Shown piece by piece: positions 1 through 12,198 of a DNA stretch of 45,661 nucleotides. Positions within the stretch are counted from its first letter, which is position 1, and every line of letters begins with the position of its first letter. The stretch lies in NCBI GenBank assembly GCA_040326155.1, contig JBEQLE010000026.1:1-45661 (forward strand), read 5' to 3'. The translations under genes and the position numbers were made by a program. A model generated the notes under the pieces. That model was given only the letters and a program-made list of their open reading frames with translations. It was not told where the DNA came from and did no database searches. This DNA is from Leptospirales bacterium (GTDB lineage Bacteria; Spirochaetota; Leptospiria; Turneriellales; JAOUFE01).

Positions 1-169
1 AATCCAGTATTAAACCGCGGGGGGTCAGTCGCAACCATGTGCGGCGGAGGGGCGGGCTAAGCCCCTTTTAAAACGGGTTCGATTTTGTATTAAACATAAA
101 TTAAAAAACATTTGACCCTGTGTCATACCAAGGTATGGTATAGCCACAATAACACCTGTAAGGAGATTT

Positions 170-1501
170 ATGATGAAAAAAACTATTATCGGCACTATTA
201 TACTGACAGTGCTCTCAACCGCTATGCTGTTTGGCGCACCAATTGACGACTTTAAAAAGTCCGCAAAAAAAGGTGAAGCTCACATACTACGCAAAATGAT
301 CGAAGATGGAGAGATTAAACCAACGGACGTAGATAGAGATAAAAATACCCCATTGCACCTGGCAATTGGCGATCCCGATTCCATAAAACTTTTACTGGAA
401 AAAAAAGCGCCTGTGAATGCTAAAAATAAGCTGAATGAAACGGCATTGCACCATGCAGCGTTTCTCGGAATTAAAGCTACAGTTGAAATTCTTGTAAAAA
501 ATAAAGCTGATTTAAATATCGTCGGGAAAAACGGAACACCCGTTCAATACGCTTTTAAAAATGGTAAAGACGACATAGGAAAATATCTTTTAAGCAAAAA
601 AGCCAACCCCAATATTGTCGGCCCCGATGGAATGACTCTACTACAATGGGCGATTGTGAACGATAAAACCGATCTAATTCAGACCCTTTTAAAATATAAA
701 GCCGACCCGAATATTGAAACCAAAAACGGAACCGCTTTAATGCTCGCAATACGAAAAAATGACATAAAACTGGTTGAATTATTAGTGAAGGCCAAAGCCG
801 ATGTCAACAAAGGCAACGGTGAAATTCTAAGCCCTCTCTATTATTGTGTTCGAAGCAAAAAAATAAAAATTGCCGAAATTCTCATTAAAGCTAAAGCCAA
901 TATCAATATTTTGAATGGCGGAGGCAGTACGCTTGTTTATCTTGCTTCAGGTGAAGGCGATCTTGAAATGGTCGAATTCCTGATCAAAAACAAAGCAGAT
1001 ATAAAGATAGCCAACGAACAGGGTGTTACACCTTTATTTCGAGCCATCTACAACAATCACACAAAAGTTGCCGTTCTACTAATCGACAAAGGTGCTAAAG
1101 TCAAGCTCAAAGACGATAAGGGAAGAACTGCGCTGCACCTGGCCGCAGAAAATGACGATGTGGTACTTGCCGAATCTTTGCTTAAGAAAAAAGCAAAGAT
1201 TGATGAGCTGAACAACGAGGGTAAAACCCCACTTTGGGTCGCTATTCTAAAAGGAAAAACGAAGGTGGCCGTTTTACTTATAAATAAAGGAGCCGACCCT
1301 GATCAAAAAAATAAAAATGGGGATACCGTTCTCATTTACACCATTTACAAAGGGTATACTGATATTGCTAAATCTTTAATTAAAAATGGCGCAGACCTGA
1401 ATTACAAACATGCCAAAGGCAAATACACTGCCCTTATGGTTGCAAAACAAAAAGAGAATAAAGAAATCGAAGAATTGCTTGTTAAAAAAGGCGCAAAATA
1501 A
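170..1501 (+). CDS. Secreted ankyrin-repeat protein
   Basis: N-terminal signal peptide; many TPLH/TALH/TPLF...GADVN-type ankyrin repeats; AGGAG RBS upstream. Confidence 0.93.
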   Translation: MMKKTIIGTIILTVLSTAMLFGAPIDDFKKSAKKGEAHILRKMIEDGEIKPTDVDRDKNTPLHLAIGDPDSIKLLLEKKAPVNAKNKLNETALHHAAFLGIKATVEILVKNKADLNIVGKNGTPVQYAFKNGKDDIGKYLLSKKANPNIVGPDGMTLLQWAIVNDKTDLIQTLLKYKADPNIETKNGTALMLAIRKNDIKLVELLVKAKADVNKGNGEILSPLYYCVRSKKIKIAEILIKAKANINILNGGGSTLVYLASGEGDLEMVEFLIKNKADIKIANEQGVTPLFRAIYNNHTKVAVLLIDKGAKVKLKDDKGRTALHLAAENDDVVLAESLLKKKAKIDELNNEGKTPLWVAILKGKTKVAVLLINKGADPDQKNKNGDTVLIYTIYKGYTDIAKSLIKNGADLNYKHAKGKYTALMVAKQKENKEIEELLVKKGAK

Positions 1502-1506
1502 TAGTA

Positions 1507-1530
1507 AAGGGGTCGGTCTTCCGGCCCCTT
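1507..1530 (+). terminator. Probable intrinsic terminator after the ankyrin gene
   Basis: AAGGGGTCGG-TCTT-CCGGCCCCTT hairpin just after the stop, followed by a pyrimidine-rich tract. Confidence 0.6.
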
Positions 1531-1631
1531 CCCCTTCCTTATACATTTTTATAAATTTTTTCTGAGTCGTATCACTACTTTTTATTAAACCCTTTACGTG
1601 GTATAACTCTGAAAAAATAATTCCCTGAAAT

Positions 1632-2648
1632 ATGAACGATTCTCAAAAAAAGTATACCATTTACTGGCTGGTCTCTGTGTGCATTTTAATATTTATAATG
1701 GTCCTGGTTGGTGGAATAACCCGACTTACCCACTCTGGCTTGTCTATGGTTGACTGGAAGCCAATTCTGGGCACGATACCGCCGATCGGGGAACAAGCAT
1801 GGTTAGAAACCTTTGAACAATATAAGCTGTTTCCTGAATACCAGAAAGTAAACTTTGGAATGACTCTTTCAGAGTTCAAGACGATTTTTTTCTGGGAATA
1901 TCTGCATAGAATTCTGGGACGAATTATTGGCATGGCTTATGCCATTCCCTTTTTAATTTTTGGAATTAAAAAATACTATAATGCAGCCTGGGTTAAAAAA
2001 CTTTTAGTCGGTCTAGTTTTAATTGGACTACAAGGACTCATGGGATGGTACATGGTCATGAGTGGTCTTGAAAGTCGTCCTAGCGTCAGCCATTACCGTC
2101 TCGCCGCTCACCTGACATTTGCTTTTATTATCGCGGGTTATATTCTCTGGATAATACTCGATCTTATTCGAAATAAAAGCTCCCACTCACCGGCGCCCTG
2201 GTTTAAATACACCGTCTTCATAACCAGTGGAATTATTTTACAAATTATTTATGGGGCTTTCACGGCAGGCTTAAAAGCCGGTTTTGACTATAATACCTTT
2301 CCTCTTATGCGCGGTGAAATTATACCTTCCGGCGCTTTCAGTTTTATCCCTTTTTTAACGAATTTCTATGAAAATGAGATTATGGTTCAGTTTATACACC
2401 GAACCATAGCCTGGAGTTTATTAATATCCATAACGGTTTTTTTCTATATGGCAAAGAAAATGGTCCTTTCACCGGAACAAAAAAAAGCAAATCATATGCT
2501 CATTGCTACGTTGGGTATTCAGTTTTTACTGGGTGTATTTACTCTGATTTATGTTGTGCCAGTTGCGCTCGGTGTTTTGCACCAGGGCGTCGCTTTTATT
2601 TTATTCCTGACGGCTATTTATGTAAACCACACTTATTCAAAAGTTTAA
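1632..2648 (+). CDS. ctaA: Heme A synthase (COX15/CtaA)
   Basis: GGITRLTHSGLSMVDW, FFWEYLHR, GWYMVMSGL, SHYRLAAHL, QFIHR and LHQ motifs; multi-TM. Confidence 0.95.
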   Translation: MNDSQKKYTIYWLVSVCILIFIMVLVGGITRLTHSGLSMVDWKPILGTIPPIGEQAWLETFEQYKLFPEYQKVNFGMTLSEFKTIFFWEYLHRILGRIIGMAYAIPFLIFGIKKYYNAAWVKKLLVGLVLIGLQGLMGWYMVMSGLESRPSVSHYRLAAHLTFAFIIAGYILWIILDLIRNKSSHSPAPWFKYTVFITSGIILQIIYGAFTAGLKAGFDYNTFPLMRGEIIPSGAFSFIPFLTNFYENEIMVQFIHRTIAWSLLISITVFFYMAKKMVLSPEQKKANHMLIATLGIQFLLGVFTLIYVVPVALGVLHQGVAFILFLTAIYVNHTYSKV

Positions 2649-2705
2649 TTGTATAACTTACTTGACGCATTAAAGAACATAAAAATATATTGAATTGAGG
2701 TTAAA

Positions 2706-3158
<453 letters not shown>

Positions 3159-3186
3159 GAAAAACTATTAAAAATAGGAAAAACAA

Positions 3187-3381
3187 ATGCGAAATAAAAT
3201 TATAATACTCATTTCACTTGCAGCGCTCTCTTTGCAATGCAACGGAGGGTGTTCTGGCAATAAAACACCAGACACAGATTCTGCAACCCTGGAAGAAACC
3301 ACTACTCCTGCGGCAGAAATTACAAAAGAAAATGCTCAAGTGGAAGCTGAGAAGCTAATAAAAGAACTTAAAAATATGTAA
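3187..3381 (+). CDS. Small lipoprotein (LSLQ-C-NGG-C)
   Basis: Basic N-terminus, hydrophobic core, spirochaete-like lipobox Cys; AGGA RBS. Confidence 0.7.
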   Translation: MRNKIIILISLAALSLQCNGGCSGNKTPDTDSATLEETTTPAAEITKENAQVEAEKLIKELKNM

Positions 3382-3511
3382 CGGTCCGCGTATATGGAAA
3401 AGAGGGCCGATAAGTTGAATAGAAATTGCAATTTATTTTTATCGATTGACTGCCCCGCTCGAAAAAAAACGTTGATACTTAAGTTGAAGAAAAACTATTA
3501 AGGAGTTTATT

Positions 3512-3694
3512 ATGGGAAAAAAATTATTACTTGCATTAGCTATTACAGCATTTTCTTTTAATTGTGGTGAAGGTTGTGGATCAGAAGCTACAAAAGAACC
3601 AGTTGCAGTTGAAAATCCATGCGCTGCGGAAAATCCTTGCGCTGCTGAGAATCCTTGCGCTGAAGCTGCAAATCCTTGCGCTGAAGCTCATTGA
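3512..3694 (+). CDS. Small lipoprotein with four NPCA repeats
   Basis: AAGGAG RBS, lipobox FSFN-C-GEG-C, tandem (A)ENPCA repeats. Confidence 0.8.
   Translation: MGKKLLLALAITAFSFNCGEGCGSEATKEPVAVENPCAAENPCAAENPCAEAANPCAEAH
3611..3688 (+). repeat. About 18-bp tandem coding repeat (gaaaatccttgcgctgc-like), four units
   Basis: Directly visible tandem units encoding ENPCAA. Confidence 0.9.
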
Positions 3695-3711
3695 TCAAAT
3701 AACAACACTTG

Positions 3712-3749
3712 AATGTCGGGTAATTGAAAATTTTCGTTTATCCGACATT
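3712..3749 (+). terminator. Hairpin after the NPCA lipoprotein gene
   Basis: AATGTCGGGTAA...TTATCCGACATT inverted repeat. Confidence 0.55.
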
Positions 3750-3764
3750 TGAACTAACTTTAGA

Positions 3765-4544
3765 ATGCGTATTGGTTATTTCTCAGGCTTCACTTATCCC
3801 GCGAAAGGGATTTTGTTTTTATTCAACAATGCCAAACTCTGGAAATTTTTTTTAATACCTTTAGTAATCAACATTGGTCTGACTTTTGTAATTTATTTCT
3901 ATTTTTTTTCAAGTATTCCTGAAATGGCTACATCTATTTCCGCTTCTCTGGAGAACTGGTTACTTGGGCCGGAAGACGCAGATACCAGCTTTTGGGTCAA
4001 AGCGATTTTTGGCGGAATACGTTTTATAATCTCTGCTTTCATGTATTATTTAATCATTATTATTTACCCTCTATTTATTGCTGTCTGTTCAACCCTTATT
4101 ACACCGCTATTTCGCACTTATCTTTTTGACGCAACAATGCATATACATGAAGGAGTAACTCCGGCTTCCATCCCCTTTGCCGATTCCCTGAAATATGCGC
4201 TCAAATCCATTGGAACTACCCTACGCATATCTATAATGTACCTGCTTCTAACGATTGTAATCTCTTTTCTAAATTTTGTACCGGGCCTTGGTATTGTTTT
4301 GCAATTTATTCTGACTGCCTACTATATCGGGTGGGAATTTATTTTACCCTATTTTGAAGAGAAGCAAATGCTATACTCAGAACAGTCGAAATTTTGCCGT
4401 AAAAACTTCAGAGCCATCTTCGGGTTTGGAACTCTGGCATATATACTCATATTAATACCCCTGCTTTCAGGTATATTTTTAACCACGCATACAATCGGAG
4501 GCGGTTTATTGATCTCTGATCTGAAGAAAGATCTAGCCGAATAA
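3765..4544 (+). CDS. EI24/CysZ-like membrane protein
   Basis: G..YP.KG..FL...KLWKF.LIPL.IN N-terminus, GWEF...Y and FGFG C-terminal motifs, multi-TM. Confidence 0.8.
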   Translation: MRIGYFSGFTYPAKGILFLFNNAKLWKFFLIPLVINIGLTFVIYFYFFSSIPEMATSISASLENWLLGPEDADTSFWVKAIFGGIRFIISAFMYYLIIIIYPLFIAVCSTLITPLFRTYLFDATMHIHEGVTPASIPFADSLKYALKSIGTTLRISIMYLLLTIVISFLNFVPGLGIVLQFILTAYYIGWEFILPYFEEKQMLYSEQSKFCRKNFRAIFGFGTLAYILILIPLLSGIFLTTHTIGGGLLISDLKKDLAE

Positions 4545-4596
4545 TTAATTATTTATTATATTGACATACCCATTTGCACCTATAAATAAGTACAGT

Positions 4597-5871
4597 ATGT
4601 CCTCGAAAGAAAAAATTCTACAACATTACAAAAATACTCGACTGAAAACTCACGAAATATGTTCCCCGCTTGAACCCGATGATTACAATATGCAAGCCAT
4701 GTATGATGGCAGCCCTCCTAAATGGAACATAGGGCATTGCACCTGGGCTTTCGAAGCTTTTGCTCTTTCTGCCTGCGTCCCGAATTATAAACCTTATAAT
4801 GAAAAATTTGCATATTGTTTTAACTCCTATTATGAGACTGTCGGGGAAAGAATACAGCGCCATAACAGACATCTCCTTTCACGCCCTACGCTGGACGAAG
4901 TTTATGCCTATCGCAAATTCGTTGATGAACAAGTTGAGGAATATTTAACAACCTCGGTAAAAAAAGTCTCCAACCTGGATGATTTTATGATGCGGCTTGA
5001 AATTGCCATTAACCATGAACAACAACACCAGGAACTATTTTTTACTGATCTAAAACATATCTTTTTCATGAGTCCCTTACAACCTGCTTACGCTGAAAAA
5101 AAAGATGTACTATCGATCTCAACAGAATATCGCCCTGCAAAATTCAACGAATTTGAACCTGTACTGACCGACATAGGCCATACAGGAGATGGTTTTAGCT
5201 ATGATAATGAATTGGGACGACATAAAGTCTATCTAAACCCTTTTTCCATGATGAACAGGTTGGTTACCAACGGTGAATTTATTGAATTTGTGGAAGACGG
5301 GGGATATTCCGATTTCCGCTGGTGGCTTTCAGATGCCTGGGCAACCGTTCAAAAAGAAGACTGGAAGCAGCCTTTATACTGGACAAAAGTAGATAAGGAC
5401 TGGTATGAATTTACCCTGCATGGAATGAAAAAAATTAATCATTCGGCCCCTGTGTGTCATGTCAGCTTTTTTGAAGCCGATGCATATGCAAAATATAAAG
5501 AAGCTCGCTTGCCTACAGAATTTGAATGGGAACATGTTGCCAACACTCAACTTCAAGAAATAGAATCGGGCCACTTTATGGATAATAACTATATTCAACC
5601 TATAGTTGCCAAACCAGAATCTGACGCATGCGCCGAGTTTTTCGGTAATGTCTGGGAATTAACCCAGAGCTCTTATTTACCATATCCAAATTTTGTAACC
5701 CCGCCCGGAGCTCTTGCCGAGTACAACGGTAAGTTTATGAACGACCAAAGAGTTTTACGTGGCGGCTCCTGTGCTACGCCTCAAAATCATATTCGTAGTA
5801 CCTATCGAAACTTCTGGCAATCGGATAAAAGGTGGCAATTTTCCGGGTTTCGCCTGACGAAAGATTTATAA
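4597..5871 (+). CDS. egtB: Ergothioneine sulfoxide synthase EgtB (probable ATG at 4597)
   Basis: SPPKW..GH.TW.FE, FNSYYE, NHEQQHQEL iron-binding motif, FGE-sulfatase domain RLPTEFEWE, EYNGKFM, RGGSCATP; adjacent to egtD. Confidence 0.95.
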   Translation: MSSKEKILQHYKNTRLKTHEICSPLEPDDYNMQAMYDGSPPKWNIGHCTWAFEAFALSACVPNYKPYNEKFAYCFNSYYETVGERIQRHNRHLLSRPTLDEVYAYRKFVDEQVEEYLTTSVKKVSNLDDFMMRLEIAINHEQQHQELFFTDLKHIFFMSPLQPAYAEKKDVLSISTEYRPAKFNEFEPVLTDIGHTGDGFSYDNELGRHKVYLNPFSMMNRLVTNGEFIEFVEDGGYSDFRWWLSDAWATVQKEDWKQPLYWTKVDKDWYEFTLHGMKKINHSAPVCHVSFFEADAYAKYKEARLPTEFEWEHVANTQLQEIESGHFMDNNYIQPIVAKPESDACAEFFGNVWELTQSSYLPYPNFVTPPGALAEYNGKFMNDQRVLRGGSCATPQNHIRSTYRNFWQSDKRWQFSGFRLTKDL

Positions 5872-5879
5872 ATTGACCT

Positions 5880-6908
5880 ATGGCACCTGTAAAAGACAGT
5901 ATCGAAATTATTTCAAAAGAGAATGTCAACATTAAGGTTTTTGCTGAAGAAGTAGAAACCGGTTTATCGAAAAACCGAAAATCTTTGCCTGCACGTTTTT
6001 TCTACGACGCGCGTGGCTCAGAAATATTTCAGCAAATTACCAAAATGCCCGAGTATTACCTTACCGATTCAGAAAGATCGATATTAAATTTTCATGCAAA
6101 AGAAATTATAGATAGTGTAGTCCAATATAGAGACCAGCCGGGAAAAGAGCAGACGACACTGCAAATAGTCGAATTCGGCGCCGGAGACAGTGACAAGCCC
6201 TACCCCTTAATAGATGCCATTCTGGAGACCGGTCTTCCCTTTGAATACATTGCTATTGATATCAGTATCACCGCTCTGGAGAACTTTGGCGAAAAACTGA
6301 ACCGTCGTTATAATAATATAAACTATCGCGGTATTGCAGGTGAGTATTTTGAATGCTTGGAAAAAATCAATTTAGCTGATAATACCGTGAAATTAGTACT
6401 TTTTCTCGGGTCAAATATTGGTAACTTCTCTTTTAAAGATAGTGTTTCGTTCATGCACAAAATCAATCAATATTTAAGTATAGACGACCATTTGTTGGTA
6501 GGGTTCGACATGGTCAAAAATCCGACGAAACTAATACAGGCGTATTCTGACAGCACAAACATTACCGCCGAATTCAACCTGAACCTGCTTGATCGCATGA
6601 ACCGCGAACTGGGAGCTGACTTTCATCGAGATAACTTCTTTCACTATGCAACATTCAATCCTACTATGCAAGCTATGGAAAGCTTTATTATAAGCAAAGT
6701 TGACCAGAAAGTCTATATTAAAACCCTGGATAAGACATTCACTTTTGATACTTTTGAACCTATTCACACTGAATATTCCAATAAATATACGGCTAAAAAG
6801 ATTAAAGCCCTGGCAGAAGAATCCGGGTTCAAAACACAATCTTATTATACCGATCTCGATTGTAACTTCAGGAACTACCTCTTTACACCTGTAGAAAAAA
6901 ATATATAA
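5880..6908 (+). CDS. egtD: L-histidine N-alpha-trimethyltransferase EgtD
   Basis: K.LP..FFYD.RGS..F..IT..PEYY, EFGAG, FLGSNIGN, AY.D...ITAEFNLN and IHTEYS.KY motifs. Confidence 0.95.
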   Translation: MAPVKDSIEIISKENVNIKVFAEEVETGLSKNRKSLPARFFYDARGSEIFQQITKMPEYYLTDSERSILNFHAKEIIDSVVQYRDQPGKEQTTLQIVEFGAGDSDKPYPLIDAILETGLPFEYIAIDISITALENFGEKLNRRYNNINYRGIAGEYFECLEKINLADNTVKLVLFLGSNIGNFSFKDSVSFMHKINQYLSIDDHLLVGFDMVKNPTKLIQAYSDSTNITAEFNLNLLDRMNRELGADFHRDNFFHYATFNPTMQAMESFIISKVDQKVYIKTLDKTFTFDTFEPIHTEYSNKYTAKKIKALAEESGFKTQSYYTDLDCNFRNYLFTPVEKNI

Positions 6909-7032
6909 AAAATGCCCAAATGATCATTTCTTTTGTTTACGTACCTTTGAATATATTCAATTTAGCCGTAGTAAGCGGGAAGAAAGTTCAAACGTTTCTG
7001 CAAACCAATATAAGTCAGGTAAATAATATATA

Positions 7033-7392
7033 ATGGATAATCTATCTTTTGTTAGAATTGAGTACGAAAACATTAGCAATAGTGTAGTGAAAGTTGTATA
7101 TCTGCAAGGAAAAATTACCGCCATGAACGGCATTGAAATTAACAATAAGTTGAAAAACTTGTTTGAAGACAACAATTATAACGTAATTGTAGATATCTCA
7201 GAAATAGATTATATGGACAGCAAAGGCATGGCGATGTTATTGACGCTCGCTAAGACCATTGATCAAAACCAAGGCAAGCTAATATTATCCAAACCATCGG
7301 CTTTTGTAAAAGAGTTACTCGATTTAACGAATCTATCATCTTTTTTCAACATCGCATCCGATTTAGCCAGCGCCCGAAACGAATTTTCATAA
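7033..7392 (+). CDS. STAS domain anti-sigma-factor antagonist
   Basis: VD.S.IDYMDS.G motif, about 119 aa. Confidence 0.9.
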   Translation: MDNLSFVRIEYENISNSVVKVVYLQGKITAMNGIEINNKLKNLFEDNNYNVIVDISEIDYMDSKGMAMLLTLAKTIDQNQGKLILSKPSAFVKELLDLTNLSSFFNIASDLASARNEFS

Positions 7393-7422
7393 ACATTCCG
7401 GACGCTGGAAAAACTGAAAAAC

Positions 7423-8874
<1,452 letters not shown>

Positions 8875-8916
8875 CTAAAGTACGAAGATATAGTGTCAAC
8901 CAATATCTTAGTGATT

Positions 8917-10566
8917 TTACAGCAATGCTTTTTTCAGGCAGTGAAACAAAGCCTCTTGCCACTCACCCGCGTCCGCCGAGGAGGTATCGACCGTCATAAA
9001 GTCTGTTCTGTGCTGTTCTTGCAATTCTGTAGGTGGTTCATACGAGGCGTCCATCAGCTCTTTTTCTGTATGAGTAGCATCCGAGGTATTATTTTTTTCG
9101 TTTGGTCGGTGTTTCAAACGGCTTTCGATAATTTCGCTATTAGTTGTAGTCTCGATAATTATACAAGAGAAGCCTTCTTTGTGGAAAGCCTCCATAAAGT
9201 TTTTCCGAACCTCTTTTTTTGAGAAAGTGGCATCAATTACAGCCGGCGAGCCCTGTTTCAAGGTCTGTACGGTTTTTTGCAGCAGGCTGTTATATGTTTT
9301 TTGCGTCTGCTCAGGCGAGTATAACTCTTTTCGCGCCTCTTCACACGATGGTTTGTACGGATCCAGTTGGGCCAGCGATTTTCGTATGTAGTCAGAATTC
9401 AAATGGGGTATGGTAAAACTATCGGCGATATATCTTGCCACGGTTGTTTTTCCCGTTCCGACTTTACCCATAACCAGTATTGCAACCGGTTTTTCCGGTA
9501 AAAGCGCATATCGAAAACATAAAGCCAGGTATTTTTTCGCTTCGTTTATACTATTTTTCTTTTCATCGTCCGGAACTTCAGGTTCCGACGCTCGCAACAT
9601 GTTGACCTTAACGCGAACATAAGCCCGGTAGCACTTATAAAACCGAAAAAGCTCTCGAAGAGAAGAATCATTTTCATCCAATAAAACCAACTTTGCCAGC
9701 CTGTTACTTTCACGGGGTTTTTCATGATAATCTAAATCCATTGCTAAAAACGCAAGATCACTTGCTATATCAATGAACCTGAAATTGTCATTAAACTCAA
9801 TACAGTCATAAATACAGACAGATTTGTTTAGCTCACTATTTTGCAGATATATATGTTCTAGTCTGAGGTCGCCATGACAATCGCGAATCCATCCATCATG
9901 TAATCTTTTTTGTATAAATTCTTTGTGTGTATCAAAATAGTTTGTAGAATAATTGTAAATATACTTTGTTTTGAAAAGATCTTCCTCATCAAGTAAATTA
10001 TTTACAACCTTGAAATTATCTAAAACGGCATTTTGCACAACCTGCGCTGAGCCGAACCCGGAAAAATCAGGTTTTAAATTCTTATAAAAACCTCTCAAAC
10101 AATTGGCAAGAAGTTCAATATGATTCTGGGTTAGGCGACCAGATTTTGTAATCTCCTGTAAGCAGTTTTCAGTTTTCAAGTATTTCATTTTAATACCATA
10201 TTCGAATAATTCCCCCTTCTCAAAAGAGAATCTATTATTCTCTATGTATACTTTAATAATCTCTTCATATATTTCATCACACAAACGTTTATTCAAAGTG
10301 AATTCTTTGAACACATTTTGCCTGCGCTTTTCTAAACTAGAATAGTCAATAAAACCAAAGTTTATACTCTTTTTGAATTTATAGACATACGGCGGGGCAA
10401 TGGCAATAATAGAAATATGAGTTTGAATAATCTTTATATATTCCGGTTTATACGGGTAAGATTCCGCCTTAGATAAGAAATCGATTAACTGCTGTTCTCT
10501 ACTCACTCTGTACCAAAGATATATATTACAAACCGCTGCGAACAGAATTTTAACAGGTAAAACCAT
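8917..10566 (-). CDS. Bifunctional aminoglycoside-phosphotransferase-like kinase / AAA_33 P-loop protein (true start may be GTG at 10506)
   Basis: QTHIS, YKFKK, RDCHGDLRLEH, DCIEFN, DLAFLAMDL; C-terminal GKVGTGKT P-loop, SD.IRK and DATF. Confidence 0.9.
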   Translation of the reverse strand: MVLPVKILFAAVCNIYLWYRVSREQQLIDFLSKAESYPYKPEYIKIIQTHISIIAIAPPYVYKFKKSINFGFIDYSSLEKRRQNVFKEFTLNKRLCDEIYEEIIKVYIENNRFSFEKGELFEYGIKMKYLKTENCLQEITKSGRLTQNHIELLANCLRGFYKNLKPDFSGFGSAQVVQNAVLDNFKVVNNLLDEEDLFKTKYIYNYSTNYFDTHKEFIQKRLHDGWIRDCHGDLRLEHIYLQNSELNKSVCIYDCIEFNDNFRFIDIASDLAFLAMDLDYHEKPRESNRLAKLVLLDENDSSLRELFRFYKCYRAYVRVKVNMLRASEPEVPDDEKKNSINEAKKYLALCFRYALLPEKPVAILVMGKVGTGKTTVARYIADSFTIPHLNSDYIRKSLAQLDPYKPSCEEARKELYSPEQTQKTYNSLLQKTVQTLKQGSPAVIDATFSKKEVRKNFMEAFHKEGFSCIIIETTTNSEIIESRLKHRPNEKNNTSDATHTEKELMDASYEPPTELQEQHRTDFMTVDTSSADAGEWQEALFHCLKKALL

Positions 10567-10608
10567 TTACAAAGTTTCTAACCCGAAAAACCTGACAGCG
10601 GCAACGTT

Positions 10609-12198
10609 ATGGTTTATATTATTCAATTAATTCTGGGAATTGCGCTACATTTATTTCTGGCGGCTCAATTTTCGAGTGGTACAATACATGGGAAAATTGT
10701 ATTCATAAGCTTCAGTTCTGTATTTGAGAAAGTTACACTGATTGCGCTTGTTATCCTTATGCAATTTTCCATTTATCTCGGGTTAAAAAAATGGGGGCGT
10801 TTCCATAAAACAGCAAAAATCGACCTGGGTCCTCATGACCGATTTTTTGTATATCTTTTATCGGTAATTCTATGTAGCTTTATAGTCTACTCCATTTTTG
10901 CAACCGAAACATGGGTTTCCAAAATTTCCATCGCTACGGTCATACTGAACACCTTGTTCATATTTTTTGCGGCTTTTTTTGAAGAGCTTGTATTTCGTGG
11001 TTATTATTTCAAACAACTCATCACCAGGTTCCCAAAGGCCATGTGGGGAATAATTATCGTACAAGCCGCTTTTTTCGCGCAGGGCCATATGGATAATCCC
11101 GATTCCACTGTTATTATGATGATGAACATATTCCTCATAGGTGTCATCTTGGGAATTGCCGCAATAAACCATTTTACAGCAGTTGTGGTTTTTCATTTTT
11201 TATGGAATTATTTCTCGGGATTTGTGTTCGGTTTACCCGTATCGGGTTATCTGTTTTATGAGTCACTGGCAAGACCAAAACAGGTATACAACTGGGAGGG
11301 TTCTGTTGTGCTTTTCTTTTTGTTGCTTCTTCCGACTATGGTTTTGATCTATTTTATGATTCAATCGGCAAAAAAAAAATCATTCAAAATCGGGGTTGTG
11401 GACTTTTTAAATGCTTACCCTCTTTACTATGGGCTCGAAAATCTTCCTCATGTTGAACTTGTTCGCGAAATTCCCAGCCGGTTGTCCACTTTACTAAAAG
11501 AAAAAAAGCTCGACGCCGCTCTGGTTTCATCGATTGAATATTATAAAAATCGAACCTTGTGGAAATACCATCCCGATCTTTGCATCAGCTCTAGTAAGGG
11601 AGTAGAATCAATTCGAGTTTTCTTCAAAACGCAGACTGCCGAACAAAACGGCGATTTCAATACATTGACCGAACGGCTATCATCAGCAAAACTTATAACT
11701 ATATATTATGATCGGGCCAGCCGAAGTTCGGTCGAAATTTTAAAACTATTGCTTATTGAAAAACTTCCCCGCACCCAAACCCGATTTATTGAAATTAACC
11801 CACCGTTTGAACAAAAACTTGACAATCTAAAACCCGAAGAACTTTTACTGCTTATTGGCGATGAGGCGCTGCGAAATCGTAACCGCGCTTCCATCGATCT
11901 TGGCTCCTGGTTCACCGCCACATTTCAACAGCCCGCAGTTTATGCATTATGGTGTTACCCAGAAAACCATTCCCCTGAATTACCCTCGATTTTATTAGAA
12001 GGGTTCGCCCAGAGTAAAAGTAAATGGAATCAAATGCTGCAAAAAGCCGGCGAAATATTTAAATTTGACTTCGACTTTGTAAAAAAGTATCTGGAAATAA
12101 ACATACAATACACACTAGATGAAAGTCGGTCTAAAGCGCTTACTTTCTTCTTTGAAAAATACTCTGCTGTTGCAAAACAAACAGACAAGGACAAATAG
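10609..12198 (+). CDS. mqnA: CPBP (Abi) intramembrane metalloprotease fused to chorismate dehydratase MqnA
   Basis: N-half has EELVFRG, FAQGH, HFLWN. C-half has IG.V.FLN..PL, PS.L...L....LD.ALVSS.EY, V.SI, SRSS, LLIGD.AL, DLG..W. Confidence 0.85.
   Translation: MVYIIQLILGIALHLFLAAQFSSGTIHGKIVFISFSSVFEKVTLIALVILMQFSIYLGLKKWGRFHKTAKIDLGPHDRFFVYLLSVILCSFIVYSIFATETWVSKISIATVILNTLFIFFAAFFEELVFRGYYFKQLITRFPKAMWGIIIVQAAFFAQGHMDNPDSTVIMMMNIFLIGVILGIAAINHFTAVVVFHFLWNYFSGFVFGLPVSGYLFYESLARPKQVYNWEGSVVLFFLLLLPTMVLIYFMIQSAKKKSFKIGVVDFLNAYPLYYGLENLPHVELVREIPSRLSTLLKEKKLDAALVSSIEYYKNRTLWKYHPDLCISSSKGVESIRVFFKTQTAEQNGDFNTLTERLSSAKLITIYYDRASRSSVEILKLLLIEKLPRTQTRFIEINPPFEQKLDNLKPEELLLLIGDEALRNRNRASIDLGSWFTATFQQPAVYALWCYPENHSPELPSILLEGFAQSKSKWNQMLQKAGEIFKFDFDFVKKYLEINIQYTLDESRSKALTFFFEKYSAVAKQTDKDK

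Noticed and set aside
1..90. GC-rich hairpins and a GGTTCGATT sequence resembling a tRNA/tmRNA T-loop
   Set aside because: No cloverleaf, T-stem pairing or CCA end. It could be the end of an upstream ORF (frame 1 stops at 58-60) plus a terminator, but it is cut by the window edge.
4597..6908. Selenoneine (SenA) or ovothiol (OvoA) cluster
   Set aside because: No SenB/SenC neighbours and no fused C-terminal methyltransferase. The egtB-egtD pair fits ordinary ergothioneine synthesis.
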